Positions 25,615 to 35,117 of a stretch of 53,325 nt of DNA are shown here, in pieces. Source of the stretch: Pyrinomonadaceae bacterium (GTDB lineage Bacteria; Acidobacteriota; Blastocatellia; Pyrinomonadales; Pyrinomonadaceae); assembly GCA_046262135.1 (NCBI GenBank), contig JBHENH010000006.1, positions 437-53,761 of the forward strand, given 5' to 3'. Numbering within the stretch: the first letter of the stretch is position 1; each line of letters begins with the position of its first letter. The translations under genes and the position numbers were made by a program. The notes beneath the pieces were generated by a model, which made no database searches, was not told the DNA's origin, and saw nothing but the letters and a program-made list of their open reading frames with translations.

Positions 25615-25672
25615 ACGAAGAAAGGTTACTGAAAGCCGAGCCCCCTACTGTAGGTTAGCAGTGCTAGCCTCA

Positions 25673-27496
25673 CTAAGCAGCGCTAGCAACGCAAGGCTCA
25701 CTAAGCGTATCGAACGTCGCAGGATCTGCGTTCTGATTGGTAATGATCGCAGTTGAGCCATCGAATTTCGTGATGCTCATGGTGAATGGTTCGTCGTAGG
25801 ACTTGGCCCGGTCCCTCAAGACACTGAGGGCAACCTCCTCACCCAACAGCACTCCCCAGTAATTGGAACTGCGGAAGTGAATGCCGGCGTGGACTCCATG
25901 GCCAAAGCAGACGTTGAACGCTACCTTGCTCAGTTCCCCATTGATATCGATAGCATTGGCGTCCGCGCCCGCGTAGGGTACTAGCGAAAGGCCATCCGAG
26001 GTGGGTTGAACCAGGTCGCGGCCCTTTGCTTGAAGCAGCGGCCGGAGCTTCTGACCGCCGTCAAAGAAGAACTTTATGGCAGTGCAGCACGCGCCAGCCA
26101 CAGTTGCGTGGCCTCCGGTGTAGCAGGGATGCGTCGGCGAGCCCTCGGGAAATGCCTGAGGCAGAAAGTGCGTCCCATGCTTCGCGAGGATCTTTGGCAA
26201 CACCGCTGAGCTCAGGACGTCGTTGTGCAACTCGTTGGCTGCTTGCGGTCTGGGTGTACTGTTGATGCGCCTCCCTTCAACCAGCGCCCCGTATTCCTCT
26301 GGCCGCAGACGCAAGTCAATGATCCACTTGCGGCACCAGGAGGCTTTGAGTGCCCGCGTGGCCATTTCCGCAAGCGTCCCTGCAGCGTCTGGTCCACCAA
26401 GAGTACCGAAAGGCTTTTGGGTTCTCGAGCCAATATACGGGTTACCAGGGTTCAGCGGTGCCTCTAATTGAGCCAGCACGAGGAAGGCAACGAAGTACGC
26501 TTGATAGAGCACGTCCACGCGGGTGTAGGCAGTGAGGTCGCGGCCGTTTCGAATGAACCGGCGTGTTCCGTCAGGGACTGGGTTACCCGAGGGTCCTCCG
26601 TTTTGTACGTTCTGGTAACTGATGAAGTCGGTCAGAAAGTCCTGGTTGGGCGCGAGCGTTTGAATCATTTGGTCGAGTGGCTGCGCACCGAAATTTGTCG
26701 GCTGGAGCATAAACTGCGAGATGTACGGTCCGTTGACATTGCCGTCGTTTAGAAATACTTGTGCGCGGAACAGATTCTGCGGTGTCACCGGGCGCGGCCA
26801 CTGGTTAGCTCCCCCGCCTTGAATAAAGGAACGGGAATTCAAATCCGCCGCCGCCTCAGCCGCAAGGGAGCTACTTCCATATTCAGTGAATGGCACGTCG
26901 CGCAGCAGCGCCGCCCAGTAATGCTCTACCTGTTCGGTTGCCGTCTGCGCACTTCGCACAGTTGGTGAAGGCGGTGGAATTTCGAAGGCGTGTGAGTCGA
27001 GACCCTCCAGGTCGAACGCAAACGACCCCGCGGGACCGTTCAACTTTGAATTGGGTCCGCCGAGTGGGTTCGGGTTCGCTACATCGACGTTTTGAAGAGC
27101 CAGGAATTGGTCCTCTTTACTCTCAAGGGCATTTATTAGGCTCTGGTACGACAAGCGGTTCGGCAAACCGAGGGCGTCGTGGCGCAGCGCTTTGCTGTGA
27201 AGAGCGCTGAAGTCCGTGTACCTGGCCCTGTCAAGATTGTCTGGCAGTTCGCCGACGTTGATCTTATTGGCGACGGCCGTATTTCTGCGATAGATGAAGC
27301 TGTCATTCGTACGCTTGTTGGGTTCATAGTCGATGGTCGAGGCCTCGGCGATCGACCCTTGACCGCCCAGCAGCGGTTCAAGGGGAACTGTCGACACTAC
27401 GACTGCTACCGTTGCGGCGCCCTTGACAAAGTTTCTTCTGTTTATTCTCGGTTTCTCAGTCTTAGAAATGATTGGATCCTTCTTTGCTTTGTCCAT
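25673..27496 (-). CDS. Tat-exported PAP2-superfamily protein, vanadium-dependent haloperoxidase-like
   Basis: Twin-arginine signal RINRRNFVKGAATVAVV. PAP2/V-HPO-like motifs are KWIIDLRLRPEE, HPCYTGGHATVAGA and GVHAGIHFRSS. The family call is from motif memory. Confidence 0.65.
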   Translation of the reverse strand: MDKAKKDPIISKTEKPRINRRNFVKGAATVAVVVSTVPLEPLLGGQGSIAEASTIDYEPNKRTNDSFIYRRNTAVANKINVGELPDNLDRARYTDFSALHSKALRHDALGLPNRLSYQSLINALESKEDQFLALQNVDVANPNPLGGPNSKLNGPAGSFAFDLEGLDSHAFEIPPPSPTVRSAQTATEQVEHYWAALLRDVPFTEYGSSSLAAEAAADLNSRSFIQGGGANQWPRPVTPQNLFRAQVFLNDGNVNGPYISQFMLQPTNFGAQPLDQMIQTLAPNQDFLTDFISYQNVQNGGPSGNPVPDGTRRFIRNGRDLTAYTRVDVLYQAYFVAFLVLAQLEAPLNPGNPYIGSRTQKPFGTLGGPDAAGTLAEMATRALKASWCRKWIIDLRLRPEEYGALVEGRRINSTPRPQAANELHNDVLSSAVLPKILAKHGTHFLPQAFPEGSPTHPCYTGGHATVAGACCTAIKFFFDGGQKLRPLLQAKGRDLVQPTSDGLSLVPYAGADANAIDINGELSKVAFNVCFGHGVHAGIHFRSSNYWGVLLGEEVALSVLRDRAKSYDEPFTMSITKFDGSTAIITNQNADPATFDTLSEPCVASAA

Positions 27497-27957
27497 GTGA
27501 TTGCTCCCTTTGCATCATTCGAACAACTACGGTGGGCAAGTGCGTCTGATTTGATCGCGCGCGCTGAGAACAATCCAAACGACGTGGGGACCGTCAGAAG
27601 CAAATGCGTTGTTAATCTAGCCGGACGAAGTGGGCACGGATCAGAAATAGCCGGTCAGTACCCTTCTGAAATCGAAAAGAGTGACGACAATTCCCGGGGG
27701 GAATGCCTTGGGATCTGATTATCTTGTTACCTAAGAAAAGCGGAGCGTTTGCAGTCGAGAAGTTGCCGGGACTAGCTCCCACCTAATCACTCGGCAGTGT
27801 GAAATGGTTTTCTCAGAAATCGCTGCCTAATCTAAGAGTTGTCCTCTGACCACCAGACAATGTTTCTAAGCGAGGTGAAATGTCTGGGGTATGAGATGAG
27901 ACGCGACATACTTGATCCTAAGGCCTGTTTCGTCAATAATCCATTCGGCTCATTTTT

Positions 27958-28656
27958 GTGGCCTATGTGAGTCATTTTTCACTGAGGCAACCCACCGTGC
28001 GCTCGAAACAATTTCTTGTGTTAGTCGAGGGAACAGCGGATGCGGCGTTCGCCGTTGACGCCGCCGGGCTAATCTGTGCCTGGAACAACGCCTCAGCCGA
28101 ACTGTTTGGGCTAAGTGAAGCAGAGGCGATAAGCGTTCCGTGCCATAAGATTCTTCAGTGCTCTGATGAGAATGGAGTAGTTTGTTCCGAAAGTTGCGTG
28201 ATTGAGCGCGCAGCGCAAGAGAATCGGCCGCTGGTGAATTTCGATTTGCGAGTTCAAACAATAACCGGCAAGCAATGGTGTAATCTGTCCATATTGATCG
28301 CGAGCGAGCCTGCCTCAGGAGCGCGCTATGCTATTCACATTGTCCGCCCGCGCGAGATGCGGAAGCGACTCGAACAGGCACTAAGCGAATTTGTACGGAC
28401 GCAAGCTAGAAGCGGTCCGAACGACGCACCAACGAGTTCTTCGGCGCCCACGTCAGGCATCGACGTAAGGCTCACTTCTCGTGAAGTTGAGGTCCTAAAA
28501 AGTCTGGCAAAGGGCCACAGCACAAGAGCAATCGCCAATCAATTCAACATCAGCTCTGCTACTGTGAATAATCACATCAAACACATTCTCACAAAGCTTG
28601 ACGCTCATACTCGCCTCGAAGCAATACGACATGCCGAGAGAGTGGGGGTAATTTAA
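27958..28656 (+). CDS. PAS-domain LuxR-family transcriptional regulator
   Basis: N-terminal PAS-like segment (VEGTADAAFAVDAAGLICAWNNASAELFGLSEAEAI). C-terminal HTH LTSREVEVLKSLAKGHSTRAIANQFNISSATVNNHIKHILTKLD. GTG start. Confidence 0.85.
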   Translation: MAYVSHFSLRQPTVRSKQFLVLVEGTADAAFAVDAAGLICAWNNASAELFGLSEAEAISVPCHKILQCSDENGVVCSESCVIERAAQENRPLVNFDLRVQTITGKQWCNLSILIASEPASGARYAIHIVRPREMRKRLEQALSEFVRTQARSGPNDAPTSSSAPTSGIDVRLTSREVEVLKSLAKGHSTRAIANQFNISSATVNNHIKHILTKLDAHTRLEAIRHAERVGVI

Positions 28657-28665
28657 TATCAGCGC

Positions 28666-29001
28666 TATGAATGGCTCGCCGCATCTTGGAGAAGAGCCGT
28701 GTTTGTGTGCTTTTTCGCATGGAAGGGGGGCCAACGTGTTGTCAGAGGCGATCGTCGCTTCCGTTCCTATTCTCGCCTCGCGTACCGATGGCAATGTTGG
28801 CATTCTAGGGCGCAGATTATCCCGGCTATTTTGACGTCGGCAATACTAAACAGCTTGAACGACTGTTGACACGAATGGAGACTTCCACGGAATATTCGCT
28901 GAATTGAGAGACCGGCGTGAAAAGCTGAGCTGCTTTTTGAACCTAGGCGCGAGGAACAGGCTTGGGTGGAGTTGATCAGCGAATTATTCCTGATAAAGTA
29001 A
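28666..29001 (+). pseudogene. C-terminal remnant of a GT1/GT4-type glycosyltransferase, 5'-truncated with at least 3 frameshifts
   Basis: The pieces read in three frames: RILEKSRVCVLFRMEGG | GANVLSEAIVASVPILASRTDGNVGILG | DYPGYFDVGNTKQLERLLTRME.. | EPRREEQAWVELISELFLIK*. One shift lies at the G6 run 28725-28730. Confidence 0.55.
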
Positions 29002-29039
29002 GGCTGATTTTCCATGTCGATCACTAATAGGCATCTCTC

Positions 29040-30098
29040 ATGAGCCCAGAACAGATAGATAAGCGAGGAAGACAAGCATCGCTGACTGCCCTACAGCGCA
29101 CCGCTTATTTTGTATTGCCAGTGCTGGTTATTGTTGGAGCGCTCATCGCTTACAAGAGCTCAACCGCGTTAACGGTGATTGGGAAAGTTTCCGCCACAGG
29201 AGTGTTCACTCCGCGGGGTAGCGTTATTCCGCGAATCGGCGCTTCGGAAGCCGGTGTCGTTACGCGAACGGTAAATTATTTTCTTGTTATTTGGCCGGCA
29301 CTGCTCTTTGGCACTCTGATTAGTGCAGCGGTAAGCACATTTGTCTCACCCCAGTGGTTAGCGCGCTTGCTGGGAAGCCGCTCGCTGCGCTCACAAGCAA
29401 TCGCTGGACTTGCGGGGGCGCCATTGATGCTGTGCTCTTGTTGTGTGGCGCCAATCTTCACCGGCGTGTATGAGCGCTCTGCGCGGCTTGGGCCATCGCT
29501 CGGATTGATGATCGCCGCGCCAGTTCTGAATCCTGCTGCGTTGATTCTTACTTTCATGCTCTTCGGCTACGCCGTCGGAACGGTGCGCCTCGGTGTAAGC
29601 ATGGCGGCGGTTCTGTTCACTGGAATCATCGCTGACAGGATACTTGGCGAGACCAGAGTTCACTGTGACGCTGATAATTGGCAGGCCGAGGCCCGCCCAG
29701 CAGACTTCCTTCATTTTTTGCGCGCCTGCGCGCGAGTCGCCGTGCAAGTGCTTCCGGTCATAATTATTGGAGTACTACTTTCAATGATTATTGCTCAGAT
29801 GATTCCTGTCCGAACATTTGATTCAACTGCCGCGAAGGTCCTGGCAATTCTTATCGTTGCGGCATTTGCTGTTCCATTGGCGTTGCCGACTTTCTTCGAG
29901 ATTCCGCTGGCGCTGATACTGCTTTCGTCAGGGGCACCGATTGGCGCCGCGGTGGCTCTGCTGATCGCTGGTCCCTCGATCAACCTGCCGTCGCTGCTTA
30001 CTATCATGCGTTCGACGAACTGGAAAGTCTCTGCCGTTGTGGCAGCATCAATATGGACTTTGGCAGTCGCCGCTGGAATTCTTGTGAGCTTCCTTTGA
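29040..30098 (+). CDS. UPF0718 / ArsP-like permease family membrane protein
   Basis: Multi-transmembrane protein with the characteristic Cys motif LMLCSCCVAPIF. Confidence 0.7.
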   Translation: MSPEQIDKRGRQASLTALQRTAYFVLPVLVIVGALIAYKSSTALTVIGKVSATGVFTPRGSVIPRIGASEAGVVTRTVNYFLVIWPALLFGTLISAAVSTFVSPQWLARLLGSRSLRSQAIAGLAGAPLMLCSCCVAPIFTGVYERSARLGPSLGLMIAAPVLNPAALILTFMLFGYAVGTVRLGVSMAAVLFTGIIADRILGETRVHCDADNWQAEARPADFLHFLRACARVAVQVLPVIIIGVLLSMIIAQMIPVRTFDSTAAKVLAILIVAAFAVPLALPTFFEIPLALILLSSGAPIGAAVALLIAGPSINLPSLLTIMRSTNWKVSAVVAASIWTLAVAAGILVSFL

Positions 30099-30141
30099 AG
30101 CGTTTATTCAACTTTTCCAGAACATAGGTTGCCCCCGCCGA

Positions 30142-30942
30142 ATGAATAACAATCTCACACCGAGTTCACCGTCGATTAGGCCGCGCTGTGCGCTCGCACT
30201 GATGGCTAAGGTGCCTTTCGCGGGCGAGGTGAAAACCCGCTTGACTCCGCCGCTGACTCCAGAAGAAGCAGCGAAACTAAGCATGTGCTTCTTGCGTGAC
30301 ATGACGATGAACCTATGTGATCTGAATGGAGACGGAAGGGAAGCTGTGGTGCTGTACACTCCGGCGGAGACCCAAGAGTTGTTACGAGGTTTAGTCCCGA
30401 TTGGCCTTAGATTGTTGGCTCAGCGCGGTGAGACGCTCGGTGAAAGACTGATCAATGCTGCTGCTGAACTGCTTAGTGACGGATTTGATTCGGTATGCCT
30501 AATCAACTCCGATAGCCCGACGCTGCCGGGTGCAATATTGATGACTGCAGCGTCCTTATTGGCGCAGGAGGGGGACCGAGTTGTGCTCGGCCCCAGCCAG
30601 GATGGAGGTTATTACCTAATTGGTCTGACGCGACCGCATGACTACCTATTCGAGCGAATCGCGTGGAGTACCGCTGACGTTCTCGCTCATACAATCGAGC
30701 GTGCGGCAGAAATTGAACTACCTGTCGACCTTTTGCCAGTGTGGTACGACGTAGACGACGCAGCAACTCTTCGCCTGCTTTGTCAGGAATTCTCCTTATT
30801 GTCAGATGGTCGCGATGGCAGTGCGCAGTTTGGCGGCGGTTTTCAAGCCCTTCATACGCGTAACTATCTCGCGGGCCTGATCGCCACAGATAGTGACGAG
30901 CGTTTCAGACCCGGGGCCTATATTGCAAAGACAAAAGCATGA
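30142..30942 (+). CDS. DUF2064 (TIGR04282-type) nucleotide-diphospho-sugar-transferase-fold protein
   Basis: LMAKVPFAGEVKTRLTPPLTPEEAA.., INSDSPTLP, LGPSQDGGYYLIGL and VWYDVDD. The stop overlaps the next start (ATGA at 30939-30942). Confidence 0.75.
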   Translation: MNNNLTPSSPSIRPRCALALMAKVPFAGEVKTRLTPPLTPEEAAKLSMCFLRDMTMNLCDLNGDGREAVVLYTPAETQELLRGLVPIGLRLLAQRGETLGERLINAAAELLSDGFDSVCLINSDSPTLPGAILMTAASLLAQEGDRVVLGPSQDGGYYLIGLTRPHDYLFERIAWSTADVLAHTIERAAEIELPVDLLPVWYDVDDAATLRLLCQEFSLLSDGRDGSAQFGGGFQALHTRNYLAGLIATDSDERFRPGAYIAKTKA

Positions 30943-32306
30943 TCGCGACTGCGTCACGTGCGCGCACAGCGCTGATCGTCACGAATGTCCTGCTTGCGGG
31001 AATCGGCGTTATTCTGTTAGTGCTCTACCGAATCGGGCTTCACTCCCGAGGCCCCACAGACATCGTCTGGTTTATCAAACTGGCCCTGGCTCAATCTGCA
31101 CTTTATCTCACTGCGGTCTGGCTGATCGTTCGCGCTCGCGGTGCGCGCTCAACTTTGCTTATGGTGCTGCTATTCGCCGGTATCTTCCGGCTCAGCATCG
31201 TCTTTGCACCGCCGTATCTTTCCGACGACATTTATCGCTACGTTTGGGACGGGCGTGTTCAGGCGGCAGGTATTAATCCTTATCGTTACATTCCTGCCGA
31301 CGAGCACCTTCAAAGCCTGCGAGATGAAGAGATTTATTCAAAGATCAATCGCCGTGATTACGCGCACACGATGTACCCGCCTGCCGCTGAGGTCATGTAT
31401 TTCCTGACGACGCGCATAAGCGAATCAGTGACCTGGATGAAACTCACCATCGTTGGATTCGAATTGTTTACTGTTTGGATTCTGATGGAGCTGCTCGCGT
31501 CGTTTGGGATGCCGCGTCAGCGCATTCTGATCTATACGTGGCATCCCTTGGCGGTCTGGGAGTTTGCCGGCAGTGGTCATGTCGATCCTTTAGCCTTTGC
31601 GTTCATTGCGCTGGCATTGCTGGCGAGGCGACGAAATTGGGAAACTACCACAGGAGTCGCGCTTGGGCTCGCAACGCTGGCGAAACTATTTCCGATACTT
31701 TTGTTCCCCGCGTTGTACAAACGCTGGGGCTGGAAGATGCCGGTTGCTCTCGTCGTGACGATCGTTGCCGGCTATTTGCCTTATCTCGGCGTAGGCCCGC
31801 TGGGAGTGGTCGGGTTTATGCCTGGCTATGCTCAGGAGCGAGGCATCGTCGATGGCGAACAGTTTTTCATTTTGGGTCTGGTGGATAGAGTGCTCGGCGT
31901 CAGGTTGCCGAACGCCGTCTTTCTTTCGTTCGCGGGTGCCACCCTGTTAGCGCTTGCGCTTTGGTCCATTCTCAAGCCGGACGACAACGATCGCAGCTAC
32001 TTGAAACGGAGTCTTGTGCTTGGCACGGTATTCATAGTCCTCTTCGCGCCTCACTTTCCGTGGTACTTCGCATGGTTGATCCTGTTCTTATGCTTTGTAC
32101 CATCAATTCCAGTCTTTTACCTGACAGTGGCCAGCTTCGTGCTTTATCTGACCTGGATTTATTGGACGGAAACCCAGGTCTTCAGAATAAAGGCGCTGAT
32201 CTTTGTGCCCGCTCTACTGTTGGGTGCGCTGATCGTTTGGTTGAAGTCCCGTAGGAACAGCATGTTTATAGACAGGCGAACCCAACGAATCCCGTCAGCT
32301 CCGTAG
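30939..32306 (+). CDS. GT87/DUF2029-like polytopic (GT-C type) glycosyltransferase
   Basis: More than 10 transmembrane segments, with the periplasmic-loop motif YLSDDIYRYVWDGRVQAAGINPYRY after the second transmembrane segment. Confidence 0.7.
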   Translation: MIATASRARTALIVTNVLLAGIGVILLVLYRIGLHSRGPTDIVWFIKLALAQSALYLTAVWLIVRARGARSTLLMVLLFAGIFRLSIVFAPPYLSDDIYRYVWDGRVQAAGINPYRYIPADEHLQSLRDEEIYSKINRRDYAHTMYPPAAEVMYFLTTRISESVTWMKLTIVGFELFTVWILMELLASFGMPRQRILIYTWHPLAVWEFAGSGHVDPLAFAFIALALLARRRNWETTTGVALGLATLAKLFPILLFPALYKRWGWKMPVALVVTIVAGYLPYLGVGPLGVVGFMPGYAQERGIVDGEQFFILGLVDRVLGVRLPNAVFLSFAGATLLALALWSILKPDDNDRSYLKRSLVLGTVFIVLFAPHFPWYFAWLILFLCFVPSIPVFYLTVASFVLYLTWIYWTETQVFRIKALIFVPALLLGALIVWLKSRRNSMFIDRRTQRIPSAP

Positions 32307-32442
32307 GAACGACATGTTTGGCGGTAGCTTAACTGATCCAACCAGCTGTTACATGTCGCTCCACCGGAGCTGGGATATCTGATTTTGCGCTGATAGCTAT
32401 AAATATTCCGCTCCTATGGAGCTCGGCGCGTTGAGTTTCCAG

Positions 32443-33141
32443 ATGAAAAAGCCTTTTGTCTCAGTAGTCATCGCTGCGCTTAATGAAGAAGAGGCGATTG
32501 CGAAAGTGGTTGCCGCCGTGCCGCGCGACATTGCCAGCGAGATAATCGTGGTTGATAACGGAAGCACCGATCGAACAGCGACGGTTGCAGAAGGCGTGGG
32601 CGCTCGCGTGATAAGCGAACCGCAACGCGGATACGGGCGTGCGTTTTGCGCGGGCTTGAAAGCCATCAGTCCGGGTTGCGAAATCGTCGTGTTTCTGGAT
32701 GGTGACGGCAGTGACTATCCTGAAATGATGAATCGACTCGTCAAGCCAATAGCTGAAGGGATGCAAGACTTCGTGATCGGATCGCGCACGCGCGGGCGAC
32801 GCGAAGCTGGAAGCATGAGCTGGCACCAGGTGTTTGCCGGATACATGGTCGGCTTCTTTCTTCGACTACTCTACGGCATTCGGTCTACCGACATGGGTCC
32901 GTTTCGGGCTATTAGACGCGATGCGCTTGAACGACTTGGGATGCGGGAAGAGACGTACGGCTGGCCCCTCGAGATGCAAATGCGCGCGGGCCGCGCGAGA
33001 CTCAGAACACTGGAGGTGCCGGTCGACTACCGGCGTCGCGCGGGCGGGCACTCAAAAATCGCCGGCACGGTGCGCGGCTCCATCCTGGCGGCGACTCGTA
33101 TCCTGATAACGTTCGCGCGCATTGCAATGGAGCGACGTTAA
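32443..33141 (+). CDS. GT2 glycosyltransferase (polyprenol-phosphate sugar synthase-like)
   Basis: VSVVIAALNEEEAI..IIVVDNGSTDRT..VFLDGDGSD. An alternative start lies at 32416. Confidence 0.85.
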   Translation: MKKPFVSVVIAALNEEEAIAKVVAAVPRDIASEIIVVDNGSTDRTATVAEGVGARVISEPQRGYGRAFCAGLKAISPGCEIVVFLDGDGSDYPEMMNRLVKPIAEGMQDFVIGSRTRGRREAGSMSWHQVFAGYMVGFFLRLLYGIRSTDMGPFRAIRRDALERLGMREETYGWPLEMQMRAGRARLRTLEVPVDYRRRAGGHSKIAGTVRGSILAATRILITFARIAMERR

Positions 33142-33182
33142 AGACATGAAGAGTTGGCTCCGTGTATTGGACGAACCGAAGT

Positions 33183-34241
33183 TCAGTCGCGGGCGATCAC
33201 GACTGTCGTGCAGGCGCTGCCTAACTTTGGCAGATCACGGCTGAAAGCCATTTCGATTTCTATTTGAGGAAGATCGCCGCGAACTATCGGACAATAGCAA
33301 TCGGGCTGATCAAGAGCTTTTTGCAGCGCTCTCCGTCCAGCGCATCCGCCGTGACACGTGTCGCGGAAGTCGCACGGCTCGCACGCTTGTGGTAAAAGAC
33401 GAGCGGCAGCAAACGGAAGAGTTTTCGTTATTTGTTCTCCAGCAGCGAGCAACTGTGATAAAGGCTCGCCCGGTCCTGGCCAATAGACACAAGGCTGCGT
33501 TGTGGCCCGCGGCGTCACTCGCACAGTCGAAATGCCGCAACCACATTCACTTGCAAGCGCAGGCAAGCCGGCCATGGCACGGACCAGCGGCTCGCCAATG
33601 GCAATCACGTAGGTTTGCGCAAATAGTTCTTTAAATCCTTGCCAGTATTCTTCATAGCTCAGCGCATAAATATCACTTCGTACTGATTGGTACACGTTAA
33701 CTCGCAATGGGGATGCAAAATTCTTAGCTACGCGCGCTACTTCGGCAAGTTTCTGATAATTGGATTTCATCATCACCGAGATGATGGTGACCGGAACACC
33801 TAAACGAGTGCAGCGCTCCGCTTGTTCGTGGATCAGCTTCCAGTTTCCGCTGCCACGCTGCGCGTCCTGCTCATGTTCCGTCGGGTAATCCAGCGAGAAT
33901 TCCACGTCATGAAAACTGCGAACGTGCTCGTCATCCAGAGTTGCGATGCTGTGTCCATTTGACGTGATTGTCAGCTTGATCGGCTGTGTCCGCAGAAAGT
34001 CGAGAATCGCGAGAAACTCCGGATGCATTCCGTTCTCGCCGGTGCCCAGATTAATAGAGCGCAAAGGCAGACTCTTCGCGATCTCCTGGACCTGATCGAA
34101 CGTCAGTCGGTCCACGCGATCAGGATCGCGATAACAAAACGAGCAGTCGAGGTTGCATTCGTTGGTCAAACCCAGGCCCAGGGAAAACTTTTGGCCTGTT
34201 TGGAAGTTCGCAGAACTAGTTAAAGAAGCACCTGTTTTCAT
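33183..34241 (-). CDS. Radical SAM protein with a C-terminal SPASM/twitch-like Cys cluster
   Basis: CNLDCSFCY (CX3CX2C) near the N-terminus. C-terminal cysteines are CGCG..PCVYWPG..CEPCDFRDTCHGGCAGRR..CYCP. Confidence 0.85.
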   Translation of the reverse strand: MKTGASLTSSANFQTGQKFSLGLGLTNECNLDCSFCYRDPDRVDRLTFDQVQEIAKSLPLRSINLGTGENGMHPEFLAILDFLRTQPIKLTITSNGHSIATLDDEHVRSFHDVEFSLDYPTEHEQDAQRGSGNWKLIHEQAERCTRLGVPVTIISVMMKSNYQKLAEVARVAKNFASPLRVNVYQSVRSDIYALSYEEYWQGFKELFAQTYVIAIGEPLVRAMAGLPALASECGCGISTVRVTPRATTQPCVYWPGPGEPLSQLLAAGEQITKTLPFAAARLLPQACEPCDFRDTCHGGCAGRRALQKALDQPDCYCPIVRGDLPQIEIEMAFSRDLPKLGSACTTVVIARD

Positions 34242-34271
34242 TTCGCTTGAAAAGGGGTCTTCTCTTTAAAA

Positions 34272-34766
34272 TTACCAAAGAGGAAACGAGGGATACTTCC
34301 TCCTGAGTACGGCATCCACTCCCCACGTGCGACCGGCGGCGCCCATCGTAAGCGCGAGGGCAACAAACATCGGGACCAGCAACTCCCAGATCCAGGCCGT
34401 GCCCCATTCCGCAATCCATAAGGTTGTCAAAAACAAAAAAGCAGCCAGCGCCACGGGCCGTGTCAAAAGTCCAATCAGCAGGAAAATTCCGAATGAAATT
34501 TCGGTCAAACCCTGAATTGGACCGGCAACACTCGCGTGAGCTGCCATAAATGACATCACTGACTTTAGTGTTTGCGGGCCCTGTCCCTTTTCTATGTAGT
34601 AGTTAATCAACCCGGCATACCCTGAAGCACTATAAAGCCCTTTGTTCAAGTTTTCGAAGAATACAGCTATGAAGAACACGCCCATGACCATGCGAAGAAA
34701 CGCGAGGGCGAATCGAGCGTAGCGCTGCACTTTAACGTCGTCATGAAAAACGTGACTCATGTTCAT
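34272..34766 (-). CDS. DoxX/DoxD-family membrane protein
   Basis: Four transmembrane segments with LRMVMGVFFIAVFFENL.. It lies 30 nt upstream of the radical SAM gene on the same strand. The ORF track start at 34808 is less likely. Confidence 0.7.
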   Translation of the reverse strand: MNMSHVFHDDVKVQRYARFALAFLRMVMGVFFIAVFFENLNKGLYSASGYAGLINYYIEKGQGPQTLKSVMSFMAAHASVAGPIQGLTEISFGIFLLIGLLTRPVALAAFLFLTTLWIAEWGTAWIWELLVPMFVALALTMGAAGRTWGVDAVLRRKYPSFPLW

Positions 34767-35117
34767 AATTGTGGTTCGCCGAGTACATGCCGTTCGGCAC
34801 TCCCACACACAACTGTTGGTCGAGAAAGTAAAGGGCTAGGGGGCACAGCAATCACGTCTTATATCCTATTCTGATACCGGGTTCTTCCTGCGGCAGCAGA
34901 GGCTTTCAGGCTCGTCCATTGACTCTATTTTAGTCCACGACCATAGTATAGGATTCACTTCAACAATGCGCCAGCGGCTCTATCATTGCGGGAAAATTTC
35001 GTGAGCCTAAAAAGATGCGGATTGCCGGAACCTGCAAGAATTTGGGGTTACAGTGATAGTCAGTACCAACGCAAAGTGACTCGGATTCAAAGCCGGGGGA
35101 CAGTCAGACAAATGAAG

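Noticed and set aside
26745-26767. A REP-like string cgtttagaaa-t-acttgtgcgcgg lies inside the haloperoxidase-like CDS.
   Set aside because: It matches two 10-mers of the REP consensus but lacks the 5' half of the stem. It also lies in an uninterrupted coding frame (..FRAQVFLNDG..). I cannot distinguish chance or coding constraint from a REP relic without genome-wide statistics.
33183-34241. The radical SAM gene could be the arsenosugar synthase ArsS, making the cluster an arsenosugar pathway.
   Set aside because: The Cys motif here is CNLDCSFCY with a SPASM-like tail, which does not match my recollection of ArsS-type sequences. There is no ArsM-like arsenite methyltransferase, and the nearby methyltransferase is a decayed UbiE/Methyltransf_11 type. 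The TIGRFAM names rest on neighbourhood only.
34866-34919. A 17-aa minus-strand ORF (MDEPESLCCRRKNPVSE) upstream of the DoxX/rSAM pair could be a RiPP precursor.
   Set aside because: It has no Shine-Dalgarno sequence, it lies upstream of DoxX rather than adjacent to the rSAM, and short ORFs of this kind are expected by chance.
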